DNA of 64,000 nucleotides from a virus (Duplodnaviria; Caudoviricetes): IMG/VR virus record IMGVR_UViG_3300037067_016777, positions 64,001 to 128,000 of that record; one strand, 5' to 3'. Shown piece by piece: positions 61,963 to 64,000 of this stretch (position 1 is its first letter; each line of letters starts with the position of its first letter). The notes under the pieces were generated by a model. It saw only the letters and a program-made list of their open reading frames with translations, ran no database searches and was not told where the DNA came from. The position numbers and the translations under genes were made by a program.

Positions 61963-62115
61963 GAGGTCGTCGTAAGTTTTCCCTGATGCTTCAAAGCTAT
62001 TGATGTCCTGTCACGCCTTAGGGAGGTGTTCAATGGTGCAGAAGCACATGTCATCCAAGACCTAACGGTTTTGGCCGTAGTCCTAGTTTCGAACTGCCAA
62101 ACTTACGACGACCTC
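61963..62115 (-). ncRNA. Putative RT-associated structured ncRNA closed by a perfect 17-bp inverted repeat (retron msr-msd-like layout)
   Basis: gaggtcgtcgtaagttt (61963-61979) / aaacttacgacgacctc (62099-62115); internal hairpins; directly upstream of the RT on the same strand. Confidence 0.7.
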
Positions 62116-62123
62116 TTTTTATT

Positions 62124-62579
62124 ATGAACTTCACCAACAGATTATCTACAATACTGGAAACACGTGGTCTGAAACGAGCAGTCATAACCATGAAACGTGG
62201 TACAGTCATAGAGGCCGACCACGTAAGGATGGTAAAGACTAAAACAGGGAAAACCATTGTAGTAGTCGGTATTGGTCCCGGACGATTTGAGAAGATACAC
62301 AGATATAATAATAATCTGGGTGGTGTCGTTAATAGATTACGAGATTTCTATGGTCCTCATCGCTACATACCAACACCACAACAAGACAAGGCTACTGGCG
62401 AAGATCTAGGGGGTGTGTGTGAAAATTGTGGTCGTGGTTATATCGAATGTATGAACGATCCTTGCGAAAGGCCGGATCGGAGTTACGATCTACACCGCAT
62501 CTTAATCACTTACCCATTATTCAAAAGAATCATAACAATAAGGCCAGAAAATGTCGAGTCGATACGTGAGGTTCGATAA
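62124..62579 (+). CDS. Paralog family member 1 (with Cys-rich insert)
   Basis: AVIT.KRG..IEADH.RM.K...G...VGIGP; RDFY.P; F.RI.TI..ENV.S. Confidence 0.7.
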   Translation: MNFTNRLSTILETRGLKRAVITMKRGTVIEADHVRMVKTKTGKTIVVVGIGPGRFEKIHRYNNNLGGVVNRLRDFYGPHRYIPTPQQDKATGEDLGGVCENCGRGYIECMNDPCERPDRSYDLHRILITYPLFKRIITIRPENVESIREVR

Positions 62580-63039
62580 ACAGCTATCTACTGTTCTTGA
62601 AGATATGGCACACGGTCGTCTGCACCCGGCGATCATAGTCACCGCGCGCGGAGTCGAGATTAAAGCTGACCATGCGCGTTGGATGAAGGGCAGAAACGGC
62701 AAAATATTTTTAGCGGTCGGGATTGGTCCTGCTATCATATCGTCGAAACCAAAGAAGCAGAATTGGAATTGTGGAATATTAAGTAAAGCACGCGATTTTT
62801 TCGCACCTCCTAGATTCGAACCTGTTAGTGATACAGACTCAGAAGGCAATTATGTGAGTAGATGTGTTACTTGCGGATTCTATCCACGTTATCATAAGTT
62901 AGGACACCCAGGTGTTTGTGCTCATTATACGCCAGGCGGTAAATACAATGCACATAAGAAATTGATTAAAATTAGGAAATTCCACAAGATCTTGACTATC
63001 CAGCAAGAGAACGTCCGCTCACTCAAATGGTTAGATTAG
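62551..63039 (+). CDS. Paralog family member 2 (with Cys/His insert)
   Basis: PAIIVTARGVEIKADHARWMK...AVGIGP; ARDFFAP; F.KILTI..ENV.SL.WL. Confidence 0.7.
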   Translation: MSSRYVRFDKQLSTVLEDMAHGRLHPAIIVTARGVEIKADHARWMKGRNGKIFLAVGIGPAIISSKPKKQNWNCGILSKARDFFAPPRFEPVSDTDSEGNYVSRCVTCGFYPRYHKLGHPGVCAHYTPGGKYNAHKKLIKIRKFHKILTIQQENVRSLKWLD

Positions 63040-63377
63040 CGGACTTTAACAAGCAGTTATCTGCTATTATTGAAAATAAAACTACTGGGCGTATGCGTCC
63101 AGCAATCATAATAACTGCACGTGGTGTAGAGATTAAAGCTGATCATGCTCGCTGGATGAAGACGACAAAAGGTAATGTTTTTCTTGCTGTTGGAATTCAG
63201 CCAAGGATTAAAGAAAGAGCAGTTCTATATAGCCGTGGCGGTGTATTACGTAAAGCAAGAGACTTTTACGCTCCAGAAGAAATTCAAAACTCAACACTTA
63301 AGCATATTGTCCGGCAGAGATTTTCTAAGATCTTGACTATTAAAAAAGAGAATGTGAAATCTCTAAATTGGCTTTAA
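63027..63377 (+). CDS. Paralog family member 3 (short form)
   Basis: PAIIITARGVEIKADHARWMK...AVGI; ARDFYAP; FSKILTI..ENV.SL.WL. Confidence 0.7.
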   Translation: MVRLADFNKQLSAIIENKTTGRMRPAIIITARGVEIKADHARWMKTTKGNVFLAVGIQPRIKERAVLYSRGGVLRKARDFYAPEEIQNSTLKHIVRQRFSKILTIKKENVKSLNWL

Positions 63378-63973
63378 TCTAGCTCGTCAAGTACTATACC
63401 ATATAATACTTCGTCAATATATTTTTTCTTTTGTTCTGGTGTGCCTCTTTCCCGCAATTTCTGTTCTAATTCTGACCATGGGCCGATCACTTGATTCGCA
63501 TAAGCAATAGCAACATCAAGATCTTGCAATATGAGATCTTCGCCTTCTGGATATTCGTCGCCCGTTGCTAATGCGAAATTAAGGGCTTCTTTTGATGTTT
63601 TTGGTTTGACGTCTCTTTCTTCGCCCTCGATCCTCGGTTTCCGACCAGTAATCCGCATATATAACCTTGCATATCGCTCGTCACGTGCTAATATCGACTC
63701 TGCTTCGGGCCAATCGTACTTCCTTCTAAATCGCATCCATCGCCAAACACTACCCGCTTCTCCGAGTCGAACAATTTCTTCATCTGATCCTGGCAATGCT
63801 TTACCAACAGCGCTACAATAAGCGACAATAAAACCGGGATTTTGGCTAGTCATTATGCGATGTGCAATCTGCGGCGTCGTCCCTACTTCTTCCGCAAACT
63901 TGCTTATTAACTTGACATCAGCTTGGTCGTTGATTTTAGTAGACAATATTCGGTCCAATGTCGCAACATCCAA
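63374..63973 (-). CDS. Helical-repeat phage protein (W/YPExE.IL..D...A..Y repeats); start may lie outside the window
   Basis: WPEAESILARD..YA, YPEGEDLILQD..AIAYA, WSELE. Confidence 0.6.
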   Translation of the reverse strand: MDVATLDRILSTKINDQADVKLISKFAEEVGTTPQIAHRIMTSQNPGFIVAYCSAVGKALPGSDEEIVRLGEAGSVWRWMRFRRKYDWPEAESILARDERYARLYMRITGRKPRIEGEERDVKPKTSKEALNFALATGDEYPEGEDLILQDLDVAIAYANQVIGPWSELEQKLRERGTPEQKKKYIDEVLYGIVLDELD

Positions 63974-64000
63974 GCTGCCAGCTTTGTGTAATGGTATGCT

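Noticed and set aside
60553-62115. RT as part of a group II intron
   Set aside because: The RT stop overlaps the Rad50 start, leaving no room for domains V/VI, and the upstream non-coding region is only about 200 nt
60553-63377. Diversity-generating retroelement using the neighbouring paralogs as VR/TR
   Set aside because: No repeat pair differing only at adenines and no Avd-like gene seen; paralog differences look like ordinary synonymous divergence, and the ncRNA has no visible second copy in the window

Overview
A gene-dense segment (standard genetic code, roughly 40-45% GC by eye) of a large T4-like/jumbo bacteriophage genome. The host is plausibly a Planctomycete, inferred from a Planctomycete-style CsrA, an FHA protein and small secreted proteins. 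Phage hallmarks are a gp21-type prohead protease, a gp55-like late sigma factor, a gp46/Rad50-like ATPase, many short hypothetical ORFs, three tRNA genes (one split by a group I intron) and three free-standing homing-type endonucleases. Accessory genes include two adenine MTases, Thg1, a kinase-like/vWA/PurA-like operon, a separate PurZ-like synthetase near DeoC-like, NDT-like and TIM-barrel genes, a glycosyltransferase cluster, KamA, RarA, TraR/DksA and phosphatases. The strongest novelty candidate is at about 57.1-62.1 kb. There a group-II-like reverse transcriptase is preceded by a ~150-nt structured non-coding element closed by a perfect 17-bp inverted repeat (retron msr-msd-like layout), and its stop overlaps the start of the Rad50-like ATPase, where an Mre11 nuclease would normally sit. 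All calls are from motif recognition by eye; no searches were run.
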